From Mycoplasmatota bacterium WC30 (GTDB lineage: Bacteria; Bacillota_I; Bacilli_A; Izemoplasmatales; Hujiaoplasmataceae), in the NCBI GenBank assembly GCA_046529635.1, contig CP134495.1, positions 1,694,556 to 1,758,555 on the forward strand: DNA of 64,000 nt, written 5' to 3'. How positions within the stretch are numbered: the stretch's first letter is position 1; each line of letters opens with the position of its first letter. Position numbers and translations under genes: made by a program. Below the pieces are notes generated by a model. It had not been told where the DNA came from, did not search any database, and was given only the letters and a program-made list of their open reading frames with translations. This document shows positions 49,683 through 60,393 of the stretch, one piece after another.

Positions 49683-50615
49683 ATGAATTCAATGGAGCTT
49701 TGCAACTACCTTGAAAAAATTAGATATGGAAGAAACGTTTCCCAAGAAGAATTTGTTTCTGGGATTGTTTCAATTCGACAATATCAAAGGTATAAAATTG
49801 GAGAAAGTGTTATCCCTTATGACAAAATTGAACAATTTGCTGAAAAACTTGGGTTGAATTCAAAAAAATTATTATCAGAATTTGAAAAAGAGAAAAGTTT
49901 ACAATATACAAAGATTAATGCATTTTACAATGCGGTAGCAAATAATGATTATAAAAATGCAATTCAGCTTAAAGAAAAATTAGACCAGGATCTTATTATT
50001 TCTTCTGAAGGTAAAAAATATTACGAGCATGCAAATATAGTCTACAAGTATTATTCAAGAAAATATACACTAAATGAAGTAATTAATAAAGTTACTGAAC
50101 TAATTAATTATCCCGAAATATTAAAACAACAATATTTTACAGATGTTGAAGTATTGATTTTAAGTTTCTTGCTAAGTGTTTTTATTGGTAAGCAACAAGA
50201 AATGTTACTTAATCGACTAAATTCCATATTTGATTGTTCTGATAATATTATGTCAGGAGATAGTGATTATATATATACATTGATTTTGGTTCGTATTGCG
50301 AAAGTTTTTGGAATCAAGAAAAACTTCCCAAAAGTAATCTATTATTGTGAAATTGGATTAGAAAGAGGAATAGCTCATAAACAATATTATTTGTGGGAAT
50401 ATTTCTTTTATTATAAAGCTTTAGCACATCATGCTTTAGGTCAAAGCGAATTGTTTGACGATGCTCTTCTTAGATGTTTTAACGTGCTTACTATGGAAGG
50501 GAACCATTCTAAAATGGTAAAATTTACTTCATTAATTGAAAAAGATTTTAAAATAAATTTCAGACAACATGTTGTTAATCTAATTATATCACCTGATAAA
50601 AACAAACTTGAATAA
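49683..50615 (+). CDS. RNPP/Rgg-like transcriptional regulator (N-terminal XRE HTH plus C-terminal TPR-like helical domain)
   Basis: HTH in the first 60 aa. Helical repeat domain about 250 aa. Start taken at ATG 49683 after AAAGGA. The six-frame ORF starts at 49659. Confidence 0.55.
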   Translation: MNSMELCNYLEKIRYGRNVSQEEFVSGIVSIRQYQRYKIGESVIPYDKIEQFAEKLGLNSKKLLSEFEKEKSLQYTKINAFYNAVANNDYKNAIQLKEKLDQDLIISSEGKKYYEHANIVYKYYSRKYTLNEVINKVTELINYPEILKQQYFTDVEVLILSFLLSVFIGKQQEMLLNRLNSIFDCSDNIMSGDSDYIYTLILVRIAKVFGIKKNFPKVIYYCEIGLERGIAHKQYYLWEYFFYYKALAHHALGQSELFDDALLRCFNVLTMEGNHSKMVKFTSLIEKDFKINFRQHVVNLIISPDKNKLE

Positions 50616-51087
50616 ATTTTTTTGCTCAAAAGGTTTCCATATCATATGGTTAATTATCTAGGCGATTTGTGAGCTGTATCGATTAATGTCATTTTTTTGG
50701 TATTGGTTTTTTTGCGAATTTATGATAAAATTAAAGGGCATTAAACCCGACTTTGAATAATTTTACAATAATTAGCTTCTAGTTTTACTCGAAATTTAAT
50801 TTAAGGTTAATTTATTTTTTTATCTGTTGGGATACTTATTATACTTATGATATAGAATATTTCTGTAATATTAATGTTATATTTTCGCGGTTTAACGTAA
50901 TTAACTGTCTATTTATACAATATTATAGTCTTTCCATATATTATGAAAAGCTATGATATCGTTTTCATTCTTTTTTTTTATATACCCATTGATTTTGAGG
51001 AATGAATTTTATATAATTAGCTACAAAATTCGTAGCTTTTATACATTTTTTATACATATGTGTTAAGGCACAAGAATAGGAGATTAC

Positions 51088-53367
51088 ATGAAAAATATTT
51101 ACAAACTAATTTTAATGAGCTTTTTGATTTTTGGATTCTTAGGTTGTGGCGAAGAGGTATCAACCACTACAGCAACGACTGCAGTAACAACTGAAGTAAC
51201 AAGTGCAGTTACAACCGTAGCTATTACGACCACTGAAGCGATAACCGAAACGACAGTAGTTACTACAGTTGATCTTGATCCTGTATTTGATGGTGTTCAA
51301 GATGTTTCAGTACTAAAAGGAGATTCTGATTTTGAACTCTTAAGTGGAATCACTGTTACTGACAATGAAGATGGTAATCTGTTTTCAAGTATTAACGTTG
51401 ACGGAGCCGTAAGCATTGATGTTGCTGGGGAGTATCCTATTACTCTAACAGTTACTGATTCAGCCGGCAATGAAGTTACTGTATCTTTTACAGTTACAGT
51501 AGAACTTAGCGAAGACGAAGCAAATGCATTATTAGATGCAGAAGCCATAGTTCTTGACGTTAATGACCTTGTTTTACCAAGTGTTGGTGAAAACGGATCT
51601 AGATTTTATTGGATTACAGACCGTCCAGATGTTATAACTAAAAAAGGTTATATCATTCCACCTGGAATTGGGAGCGGCCCAGTTACAGTTACACTAACTA
51701 CAAAAGTTATTAATGGTTCATTTTCTCAATATTTTGATTTTGAATTAATTGTTCAACCAAATGAAGAACTCACGGGAGAAATCTCTATGAGATCAGTTCC
51801 ATTTGAAGGTACAAGCGAAGAATATGTTGTCGCAGACCAAACTGACGTGCCATTGTATTTTGTAGACAATGGAAATGTACCTTATATTGATGTAGAAACA
51901 TTTTTATATTTAATTGAAGGGGCTATTGAACCAACTATGATTTCATTTACACCAGTAGGTACTGATGGTCTTTTATTGGAATATAGTGTTGATTATGAAG
52001 ATTTTGATGGAAGCACAGTTACAGAAACTTATTCTGGGTATTTAGATTTTACACTAAATACATTTACAGTAAATACATTTAGTTTCTTCGGATCTTACAT
52101 TGCATCAACAACCTCAGATTATGGAGAAGGTTTAAATTATGTAGATGCTGATTATGGTGAACCAAATGAAGTAACTATACCATTAGGTTTTTATAATATT
52201 GATTTATTAATGTATGATGACGGTGCAAATATGAATTATTTAATGCCTTTCCATGTAGCAGATTTACTTTTCGCAGGTGATGTATATTATGATGTATATT
52301 ACAATGGAGATAAATTATGGGGTATTGACACATTTGGACTAAGCGGTGGTGAACCTGAAGATTTAGCTCTTCAAGATCAAATCAGAGTAAGTTCTTATAA
52401 TTCTGAAGACATCCCAGAAGACCTTAGATGGGCAACATATAACTTCTTAGGACTAGCAATGGATTATTTTTATGGATTAAGAGAAACTTATGAAGTAGAT
52501 ACATATTTTGAAATTCTATCTGCACAAGCTGAACTTATGATAGAACCTATGAATGATGTTGATTTCTATTCTGAAGTATTTTATACAGCTTACAATTTAG
52601 ACGATTTACATACATCACACATCTTTACAGGATACTACGAAGAACCTTATAACATGCAAGTTTACTTGAATGACTTAGGATCTAAGACAGTATCATTCTA
52701 TGAAGGATTGTGGGCAATGCAAGACTTACTAGACTTAAAATATGGTTCATATGAAAATCTACCTGATGATACTCTATTAGATGGCGGAAAAACAGCAGTA
52801 TTCTATATAACTGGATTTGATATTGATTCACCAGATAGATTTAAAGAATTTCTTCAAACACTACCAGCTCATACTGAAAATGTTGTTATAGATTTATCAT
52901 ATAATACCGGAGGAAATGTTGGAGCTGTATTAAGAATGTTTGGTTACATGACTGAAGAAACTATTATGTATCATTCTTATAATCCAGCAGATGGATCAAC
53001 AAGCACTTACTATATTGAAAGCGACTATGTTGCTTACGATTTTGATTATTATATTGTTTCTTCAAGTGTTTCATTTAGCGCTGCCAACCTTATGATTTCA
53101 ATGGCTAAAGAACAAGGTATTGCTACTATATTAGGAAAAGACTCTAGTGGTGGAGCATCTTCAATTGGAGTAATCCTTACACCAGACGGATCTGCCTTAA
53201 TGATTAGTACTAATAACGTTCTAGCTACGAGAGTTGGGGATGAAATTAGTGGTTATGAATATTTAAGCGTAGAAGATGGAATAGAAGTTGATTATTTTAT
53301 GTACAATGTTACCAGTGATGATTTGATTGTTTCGTTAATAGAAACTGCCAAAGCAGAGGCTGAATAA
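51088..53367 (+). CDS. lipoprotein with Thr-rich linker, Ig-like domain and C-terminal S41-like peptidase domain
   Basis: Lipobox FLGCG. TTTATTAVTTEVT linker. S41-like motifs VVIDLSYNTGGNV and SSVSFSAAN. Confidence 0.5.
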   Translation: MKNIYKLILMSFLIFGFLGCGEEVSTTTATTAVTTEVTSAVTTVAITTTEAITETTVVTTVDLDPVFDGVQDVSVLKGDSDFELLSGITVTDNEDGNLFSSINVDGAVSIDVAGEYPITLTVTDSAGNEVTVSFTVTVELSEDEANALLDAEAIVLDVNDLVLPSVGENGSRFYWITDRPDVITKKGYIIPPGIGSGPVTVTLTTKVINGSFSQYFDFELIVQPNEELTGEISMRSVPFEGTSEEYVVADQTDVPLYFVDNGNVPYIDVETFLYLIEGAIEPTMISFTPVGTDGLLLEYSVDYEDFDGSTVTETYSGYLDFTLNTFTVNTFSFFGSYIASTTSDYGEGLNYVDADYGEPNEVTIPLGFYNIDLLMYDDGANMNYLMPFHVADLLFAGDVYYDVYYNGDKLWGIDTFGLSGGEPEDLALQDQIRVSSYNSEDIPEDLRWATYNFLGLAMDYFYGLRETYEVDTYFEILSAQAELMIEPMNDVDFYSEVFYTAYNLDDLHTSHIFTGYYEEPYNMQVYLNDLGSKTVSFYEGLWAMQDLLDLKYGSYENLPDDTLLDGGKTAVFYITGFDIDSPDRFKEFLQTLPAHTENVVIDLSYNTGGNVGAVLRMFGYMTEETIMYHSYNPADGSTSTYYIESDYVAYDFDYYIVSSSVSFSAANLMISMAKEQGIATILGKDSSGGASSIGVILTPDGSALMISTNNVLATRVGDEISGYEYLSVEDGIEVDYFMYNVTSDDLIVSLIETAKAEAE

Positions 53368-53571
53368 GGTACAATAAAAATTTTCAAGTAAATTGATAAT
53401 AAAGTGATTTTATAAGTTACGATTTTCTTCACACATTTGCATAATTGTCATAATATACTATTATTGTATATACATCATTTATTTACATAAATTATTTACC
53501 TGATGTCTATTGTATTTTGCGCCAAAATGTGTTAGAAAAGAGTGGTATGCTTTATTAAATAAGGAGTTTGA

Positions 53572-54039
53572 ATGAAAAAAAGATTATATGATTTTACAAC
53601 TAGCAACGCGGTGATTTTTATTTTAGCGTATGCAATGTTACTAACACTTAATATATTTTCTGTTTCTCGAAACAATTGGGAAAATTTATCTGGCATACTG
53701 TTTCTAATATTTCTGTTGGTTAGTTTAGTAGCAATAATTACATATTTCGTTTTTATGGCTATCTCAATCGATGAAACGGCGATTAAACACCGAAGAAAAC
53801 AGATTCTGAAAAAGGATTTAGATGTTTATGTTAGGCCAAATTACAGATTAAAATATAATGAAATCATATTTAGAGATAAAAATATTGATTACGAAATATT
53901 AAGTAAAAAACAAATTAGAAAAAACGAGATTGCAATTCAGTATTTTGATAAGTATGAATTTTATTTATTATCATATTTGGATATTGAAGAACTTAAACAA
54001 TGGAGTAATGAATATGAGTCAAAAGAAAGAAAAAAATAG
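53572..54039 (+). CDS. hypothetical membrane protein
   Basis: 155 aa with 2 TM. Overlaps the next gene. Confidence 0.4.
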   Translation: MKKRLYDFTTSNAVIFILAYAMLLTLNIFSVSRNNWENLSGILFLIFLLVSLVAIITYFVFMAISIDETAIKHRRKQILKKDLDVYVRPNYRLKYNEIIFRDKNIDYEILSKKQIRKNEIAIQYFDKYEFYLLSYLDIEELKQWSNEYESKERKK

Positions 54040-54328
54040 GATTAAAGAAGAAAGATTAAACGATTTCCTCGCCGAAGTAAGCAGTAAAGGCGAGGAACGC
54101 GTTTTAAATGAACAGAATAAACCATTAGAGCAAAAAAATGAGTTTGCTAAATTGGCATACCAATGCCCGAGTTGTCATAAGTTGATATCTAGCCGAAAAC
54201 ATCCATGTAAACATTGTGGATACAGTGGTTATATACCAATTAGTGATGAACAAACAAAAAAAATTCGTATGGTTTTATTCATAGTTATTCTTGTAGCTGC
54301 AATTGTGGTATATATTGTAACTAGATAA
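54014..54328 (+). CDS. zinc-ribbon protein with C-terminal TM anchor
   Basis: CPSCH...CKHCG followed by a C-terminal hydrophobic helix. RBS GGAG 8 nt upstream of ATG 54014. Confidence 0.4.
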   Translation: MSQKKEKNRIKEERLNDFLAEVSSKGEERVLNEQNKPLEQKNEFAKLAYQCPSCHKLISSRKHPCKHCGYSGYIPISDEQTKKIRMVLFIVILVAAIVVYIVTR

Positions 54329-54613
54329 TAGAATTTGCTGAATTTTATATGGTTTTTTTGTAAAAACCGCGATTATTTGAAGAAATTATGTAATAAATTT
54401 TACGTACATTTTTTTAAAAACAGTTGCTTTTTATCGCTAAAAATCATATAATATATAAATAAAATGGGCATTATGGAGAAATTCACAAATATGTGTAAAA
54501 AATGTCTGAAATACAAATTTCTCAAATTCACGAAAACACATTAGTTAGTTGCTATAACTAGTTGTTTTCTATAATAAAATGTTAATAATAACAGAGATGG
54601 GTGCGTTTAAACA

Positions 54614-56521
54614 ATGATTTTTAAGAAATTTAAGTTTGTCAAGAGTATTATGTTACTCTTAATGGCTATTATGGTAATTACCTTAACAGCTTGTAATGGA
54701 GATGATGATGTCGTAGAAGAAGTTAATTATACTGTTATCTACGATGGCAATGGTGGTTATCTAGGAAATAAAACTTACAGCATAAGAAAATTACAAGTTG
54801 CTGAAAACAGTAAGTTACCAAAGTATTTATCTGAGTATACTCAAGATCCATATGTTGTATCAAGCTTAGGACTAGCGAATAGAATAGGTTATACATTAAT
54901 TGGTTGGTATCTTGAAGAAAATGCTACTTATCAAGCAGATGTGCTTGGTTCATACATATACTTAGATACTGATGATGGTAACGGAGCATATCGAATTAAT
55001 GAATTAGGTGAATATGTTTATGGATATATCCAAGATGACGCAGGAACACTTATTTATGTAAATGTTCAACCTCTTGGAGAAGATGACGATGAAGAAACCA
55101 CTCAATATATATATTTCAATGGTGGTGACGGTTATGGTTTCTATATATATGATGAAGGTAATGCGAATCACGTTTCAATTTTAGAAGCTTCTGGAAGTTA
55201 TCTTCTAGATGACCTTGATACATATGGTATTTCATATATGATTTACGATGAATTATCAGTTGATGAGCAAGATTTGTTTGCAGATATACCAAAATACTCG
55301 CAAGCATATTATGAATACACTGAAGCTGATGAGGGATTAACTAGATTTACATTTGACAGTGCATATGTTAATTTCCATTCAATAATGGTACTCGATCCAG
55401 AAGGTTTATATGTACTTGATGGAAGCGAATATTTTCTATTTGATGAAGAAAACGATGATCACTTAGAACTTCACCGTTATAGTGTGGACGAAAGATACAT
55501 ATTTACAGCTACAGACACAATTGTTTCACCTTCACAAATGGATAAATACAGTGCAACATTTGTTTATTGGGATTTTGAAAATCAAAGAGTAACTGAAGAC
55601 ATGGTGTTATTTGCACATTGGGAGAAAAAGTTAACTGTAGAATACATTCAAAAATCAGGCCAAACAACTTATCTTACTCAAAAACTTTTAGAAGATAATG
55701 TTACAACAGTTGATTTCGCAGTAGGAGAACCAATAGGGAAAGTTGAAACAATCCCAACATATACTGATCCTTCTAACGTAGAATATACTTTCGTTGGTTG
55801 GAGTTTATCAGAAACAGAGTATATACCTTGGGATTTTGATAATGATGTTTTCCCACCAGGGATTATCACATTAACTTTATATGCTTATATGATTGAAGGA
55901 GAATATACTAGGATTACAAGTGCAACACGTTTAGCAGAAGTTGCTAATGATCCAGATGGAAAATATTTACTTGTTAATGATATTGATTTAGAAGGACAAG
56001 AGTTCCTCAATGAATCACCTTTAGGTTTTACAGTCAGAGCAACCGCTTCTGCCGTAGCCGTACCATTTACCGGAGAATTTATTTCAATGGGATATAAAAT
56101 TTCAAACTATACTATAGTTGTTCAAAACACACAGAAACTTCTTAATTCATTAAATGGGGTTATAGTTGTTATGGGATTATTCCCATATGTACAAGATGCC
56201 GTAATTGATGGAGTTATTTTAGAAAATGTTTCGATTACATTAGAAACAGTTGGTAGAGCTGCTAGTGTTGTCTGTGATTTAGGTGGTGCTGGATTAATAG
56301 GTACTGCATTAGACGGGAACACTGTGGTATCAAACGTAACTGTTGATGTTACAATAACAGCTACAGGTTCAAATCCAATTGATTTTCCTGTATATATAGG
56401 TGATATTATCGCAAAAGATGTTGATAATGTTACAATTTCCAATTCTACATCAACAATTGATTATTCTACTATTACAGCAGAAATAACAACAAGCACTTTA
56501 GAAGTGCACACATTAGATTAG
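54614..56521 (+). CDS. lipoprotein with Listeria-Bacteroides repeat (InlB B-repeat/Flg_new-like) domains
   Basis: Lipobox LTACNG. Repeated GYT(L/F)xGW motifs (GYTLIGWYLEEN and YTFVGWSLSE). Confidence 0.5.
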   Translation: MIFKKFKFVKSIMLLLMAIMVITLTACNGDDDVVEEVNYTVIYDGNGGYLGNKTYSIRKLQVAENSKLPKYLSEYTQDPYVVSSLGLANRIGYTLIGWYLEENATYQADVLGSYIYLDTDDGNGAYRINELGEYVYGYIQDDAGTLIYVNVQPLGEDDDEETTQYIYFNGGDGYGFYIYDEGNANHVSILEASGSYLLDDLDTYGISYMIYDELSVDEQDLFADIPKYSQAYYEYTEADEGLTRFTFDSAYVNFHSIMVLDPEGLYVLDGSEYFLFDEENDDHLELHRYSVDERYIFTATDTIVSPSQMDKYSATFVYWDFENQRVTEDMVLFAHWEKKLTVEYIQKSGQTTYLTQKLLEDNVTTVDFAVGEPIGKVETIPTYTDPSNVEYTFVGWSLSETEYIPWDFDNDVFPPGIITLTLYAYMIEGEYTRITSATRLAEVANDPDGKYLLVNDIDLEGQEFLNESPLGFTVRATASAVAVPFTGEFISMGYKISNYTIVVQNTQKLLNSLNGVIVVMGLFPYVQDAVIDGVILENVSITLETVGRAASVVCDLGGAGLIGTALDGNTVVSNVTVDVTITATGSNPIDFPVYIGDIIAKDVDNVTISNSTSTIDYSTITAEITTSTLEVHTLD

Positions 56522-56570
56522 GTTTCACTGAAGTTCAAATATATAAAAAATTTAAAAATGGAGGAAAAAA

Positions 56571-59216
56571 ATGAAAAAAGTTTATTTGTTTCTTGTTACA
56601 CTAGTTTTTGCATTAGCTCTCGTTGCTTGCGGCGGAACTGATACAACAGCTGCAACAACAGCAGCAACAACAGCTGCAACAACAGCAGCAACAACAGCTG
56701 CAACAACAGCTGCAACAACAGCTGTAGTAACTACTACTGAAGCGGCAACAACAACAGCTCAAGAAGTTACTTACGCAACAACTGAAACTACTACTGTATT
56801 AACACCTGTTTATGAAACAAGGGTTGTTAATGACGATTACACATTATTGCTTCAATCGTCAACTATGGATGGAGTATTTAACCCGTTCTTCTCTTCATCT
56901 TCTTATGATAATGATGTTATTGGACTTGTAAATGTAGGTTTAATGACTGTAGATGAAACTGGTGCAGTAGTTGCATCTGATTACTATCCTACAGTTGCAC
57001 AAAGCTATTCAATCTTCTACACAGACGACTTATCAACATATGCTTCAAAAGATTCATATGAAGAAGGCGATTATGTAGTTTATGAAATGGTTATCAAAAA
57101 TGACGCAAAATTTAGTGATGGAACTGCAATCGATGTTGAAGACGTTCTATTTAACTATTATGTATATTTAGATCCTTCTTATAATGGATCATCAACTTTA
57201 TATACTTTACCTATTCTTGGTTTAGCTGATTTTAGATCTCAAGTTCCTGATTCTATCGTATTATCTGCAAAAGTAGATGCTATGTTAGAAGATGATGGAA
57301 GACTTACTGGATATGTTGCAAATGACGTATATACAGAAGCTGAATTTGATGATTTCTGGGCTTATTTCGATGTAAGAGGTGTTGAATTCGCTCAAGAGAT
57401 TGCAGATTATGTTCAAAACGGTTATCTTAACGAAACTTACGTTGTATACTCTGCTTTAGATGCTGGATTTACTGTTGCTGAAATAGCTGCAGATCCTGGA
57501 TTACTTATTGCATTTGGTATGGACATGTGGGGATACGCTGCATCTTTCAATGTAGACTTTACTGAATTAACTGGTTGGTCAGGTATTGTATACACAGTTG
57601 CTGATTTAACTGCTGCAGATTACTGGGCTGAAATTTTAGCTGCTAACACTGTTGACGATAAAATCGACTTTGGTGGAGGTTACCAAGGACTTTCTGATTA
57701 TGAAAGTGCTGGATCTGACTTTGTTGGATTATCAAGAGGAGATTTCCTTTCTGACTACGGCGAAATCGGTAGTGTTCCAACTATTGCTGGTTTAGTAGCA
57801 GGTACAACAACTATAGGTGATGAAGAATTTGAAACACTTAAAGTTATCTTAACTCAACAAAATCCTAAAGCTGTTCTTTCACTTGGAGTAACAGTAGCAC
57901 CAGAACATTATTACAACGCTGGATATTTCCCAACATTTGGTTCTATCGTAAACTACGGTGTTGAATTTGACAATCCTGATTATATGGCTCACTTAGCTTC
58001 TTCAAACGCTGCTCCTATGGGCGCTGGTACTCATGTATTTATGGGAACTGACCCTGGTGATGGCACTGTTTATTTCGAAAGAAATGAATATTTTGAATCA
58101 ATGGGTGGAGTAAATGTTTATAATTCAAATATTAATAACATAGCTCTTAAAATTATTTCTCTTGATGCAGAATATGGTGCATTAGAGGCTGGAGACGTTC
58201 ATTACGCAACAGTTAGTGCTACATCTGACGTTATGGAAGATGTTGCATTAGATGATGATTTAGTAGCTGTATTAGTAGATAACCTAGGTTATGGTTATAT
58301 CTGTATTAACCCACAAGTATATCCTAACTTAAGCGAACGTATTGCATTAACAACTGTATTTGATATGACAAAAGTATTAGATTATTATCCAAATGGATTA
58401 GCTGATTTGATTACTCGTTCAATGTCTCAAGTTTCTTGGGCATATCCTGAAGGTGCAGATTATATTTATCCATTCGACGAAACATTAGCTACCACTATTC
58501 AATACTTTATTGATGCTGGTTATACATTTGATGATCAATTAGGAACTATTGGTGAATTTACTGATACTCCTACATATGACTTTACATTACCTTCTGGGGC
58601 AGCAGCACATCCAGCTGGTGGAGTTTATCTTAGAGCTCAAGAGTTATTAGCTACAATTGGTGTTACAGTAAATATCGTTACAGATACTGATCTTATCGCT
58701 AATATTAAAACTGATCCTGTTGGTGTATATGCATTAGCATGGGGATCAACTCAAGACCCTGACATGTACCAAGTTAACCATTACGAATCTCAAGCAACTT
58801 CTGTAATTTCTAATGGTATCAAATGGTTACATGAAAATGGAAATGATGACGATCTAGGTACTATAGACGTTGTTAAACTTGATGGATCTACAGTAACAAT
58901 GAATCAAACAGCAGCACTTGAATATTTAGGAGAATTAATCGTTCTAGGTACACAATACATGTTGGCTGAAGAAAGAGCTCCAATCTATGCGAAAGCATTA
59001 GAAGTACTTGCTCAATTGAACCTTGAAATTCCAACATACCAAAGAAAGAACTTATTTATCTATAATGGTAGCACTATTGACCAAACAACAATTTCAACAA
59101 TCGTTACTCCTTATTGGGGACCTTTAGCTGAAATATGGAAATTAAGTTTTACTGATTCTGTTGAAGGCAATGAAGACGTAGAAGTAATGGTCGGATATGC
59201 TGAAGACATGAACTAA
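56571..59216 (+). CDS. oppA: oversized oligopeptide-type ABC substrate-binding lipoprotein (SBP family 5)
   Basis: Lipobox LVACGG. A (TTAA)n linker. 881 aa. Immediately upstream of oppBCDF. Confidence 0.65.
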   Translation: MKKVYLFLVTLVFALALVACGGTDTTAATTAATTAATTAATTAATTAATTAVVTTTEAATTTAQEVTYATTETTTVLTPVYETRVVNDDYTLLLQSSTMDGVFNPFFSSSSYDNDVIGLVNVGLMTVDETGAVVASDYYPTVAQSYSIFYTDDLSTYASKDSYEEGDYVVYEMVIKNDAKFSDGTAIDVEDVLFNYYVYLDPSYNGSSTLYTLPILGLADFRSQVPDSIVLSAKVDAMLEDDGRLTGYVANDVYTEAEFDDFWAYFDVRGVEFAQEIADYVQNGYLNETYVVYSALDAGFTVAEIAADPGLLIAFGMDMWGYAASFNVDFTELTGWSGIVYTVADLTAADYWAEILAANTVDDKIDFGGGYQGLSDYESAGSDFVGLSRGDFLSDYGEIGSVPTIAGLVAGTTTIGDEEFETLKVILTQQNPKAVLSLGVTVAPEHYYNAGYFPTFGSIVNYGVEFDNPDYMAHLASSNAAPMGAGTHVFMGTDPGDGTVYFERNEYFESMGGVNVYNSNINNIALKIISLDAEYGALEAGDVHYATVSATSDVMEDVALDDDLVAVLVDNLGYGYICINPQVYPNLSERIALTTVFDMTKVLDYYPNGLADLITRSMSQVSWAYPEGADYIYPFDETLATTIQYFIDAGYTFDDQLGTIGEFTDTPTYDFTLPSGAAAHPAGGVYLRAQELLATIGVTVNIVTDTDLIANIKTDPVGVYALAWGSTQDPDMYQVNHYESQATSVISNGIKWLHENGNDDDLGTIDVVKLDGSTVTMNQTAALEYLGELIVLGTQYMLAEERAPIYAKALEVLAQLNLEIPTYQRKNLFIYNGSTIDQTTISTIVTPYWGPLAEIWKLSFTDSVEGNEDVEVMVGYAEDMN
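56643..56726. repeat. 12-nt tandem repeat (acaacagc[a/t]gca, about 7 copies) encoding the (TTAA)n linker
   Basis: Perfect repeats visible directly in the sequence. Confidence 0.85.
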
Positions 59217-59310
59217 TTTATAACTAAATAATTGAATGATTAAGTTTTACAAATAATAAACAAGGAGTTATAGGGCTCAGTCAATTTGATTGGGCCTTAT
59301 TATTGTTAAA

Positions 59311-60393
59311 ATGATAAAATATGTAATAAAAAGATTTGCACTATCTATACTAATTCTTTTTGGGGTCTCAATGATAATATATGGATTAGTTAGAATTAAA
59401 CCAGGGTTGGATTTTGTACAAGCAAAATTCGCTGTTCAAGAATCATTAGACGATACTGGAGATGTAGCTATAATGATTGAGGAACAAAGAGCAATCTATG
59501 GGCTTACAGAGCCTGTTTTTCAAGGTTACTTGATCTGGTTAAACAATATTTTAAATGGGAACTGGGGAGATTCTTTTATTTTCTCTGTTACTACTGGTGA
59601 ACTAGAATATCTTGAGGATTCGAATGGTGAACCACTTCTGGATGAAGCTGGCGACCAACTTACAAGGCCGGTTGCAAGTTCAAATGTCCTCGATATCATT
59701 GCAGATAAGAGTAGAATATCATTTATTCTTGCATTGATTGCAACAGTTTTACAGTTTCTAATCGCTATTCCACTTGGTATTACATCCGCAACAAAACAAT
59801 ATGGTTTTGTTGATTACTCAGTTACGGTGCTGGCCATGATGGGGATTTCTTTGCCTTCGTTCTTTTTCGGGGCATTGCTATTAAAAATATTTTCGATTCA
59901 GTTAGGTTGGTTCCCGTATGCGGGACTGGTCGACCCGAACTCGAATCTACCCGTGCTTTTAGATAATTTACATCATTTAATCTTGCCTATTAGTGTTTTA
60001 GTTATCCTTTCTATTGGTGGACTAATGCGATATACTCGTACTAATATGCTTGAAGTATTAAATGCAGATTACATTCGTACAGCTCGTGCGAAAGGTTTAA
60101 GTGAACATAAAGTAATTTACAAACATGCTTTTAGAAATACTCTGATTCCACTTGTTACTATTTTCGCTGGGATACTACCAGGATTATTTGGTGGAGCATT
60201 GATTACTGAAACGATTTTTAGTATTGATGGTATTGGACAAGCAGCTTATAGGGCTGTTACTCAAGGAGATATTCCTTTTGTAATGGCATATAATTTATTC
60301 TTGTCATTATTGACTGTCATTGGTACTTTATTATCCGACTTGATGTACGCGGTTGTTGATCCTCGAGTTAGTTTAGTGAGAGGTACAAGATAA
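59311..60393 (+). CDS. oppB: oligopeptide ABC transporter permease
   Basis: N-terminal MIKYVIKRF as in OppB/DppB. 6 TM. The six-frame ORF starts upstream at TTG 59290. Confidence 0.7.
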   Translation: MIKYVIKRFALSILILFGVSMIIYGLVRIKPGLDFVQAKFAVQESLDDTGDVAIMIEEQRAIYGLTEPVFQGYLIWLNNILNGNWGDSFIFSVTTGELEYLEDSNGEPLLDEAGDQLTRPVASSNVLDIIADKSRISFILALIATVLQFLIAIPLGITSATKQYGFVDYSVTVLAMMGISLPSFFFGALLLKIFSIQLGWFPYAGLVDPNSNLPVLLDNLHHLILPISVLVILSIGGLMRYTRTNMLEVLNADYIRTARAKGLSEHKVIYKHAFRNTLIPLVTIFAGILPGLFGGALITETIFSIDGIGQAAYRAVTQGDIPFVMAYNLFLSLLTVIGTLLSDLMYAVVDPRVSLVRGTR

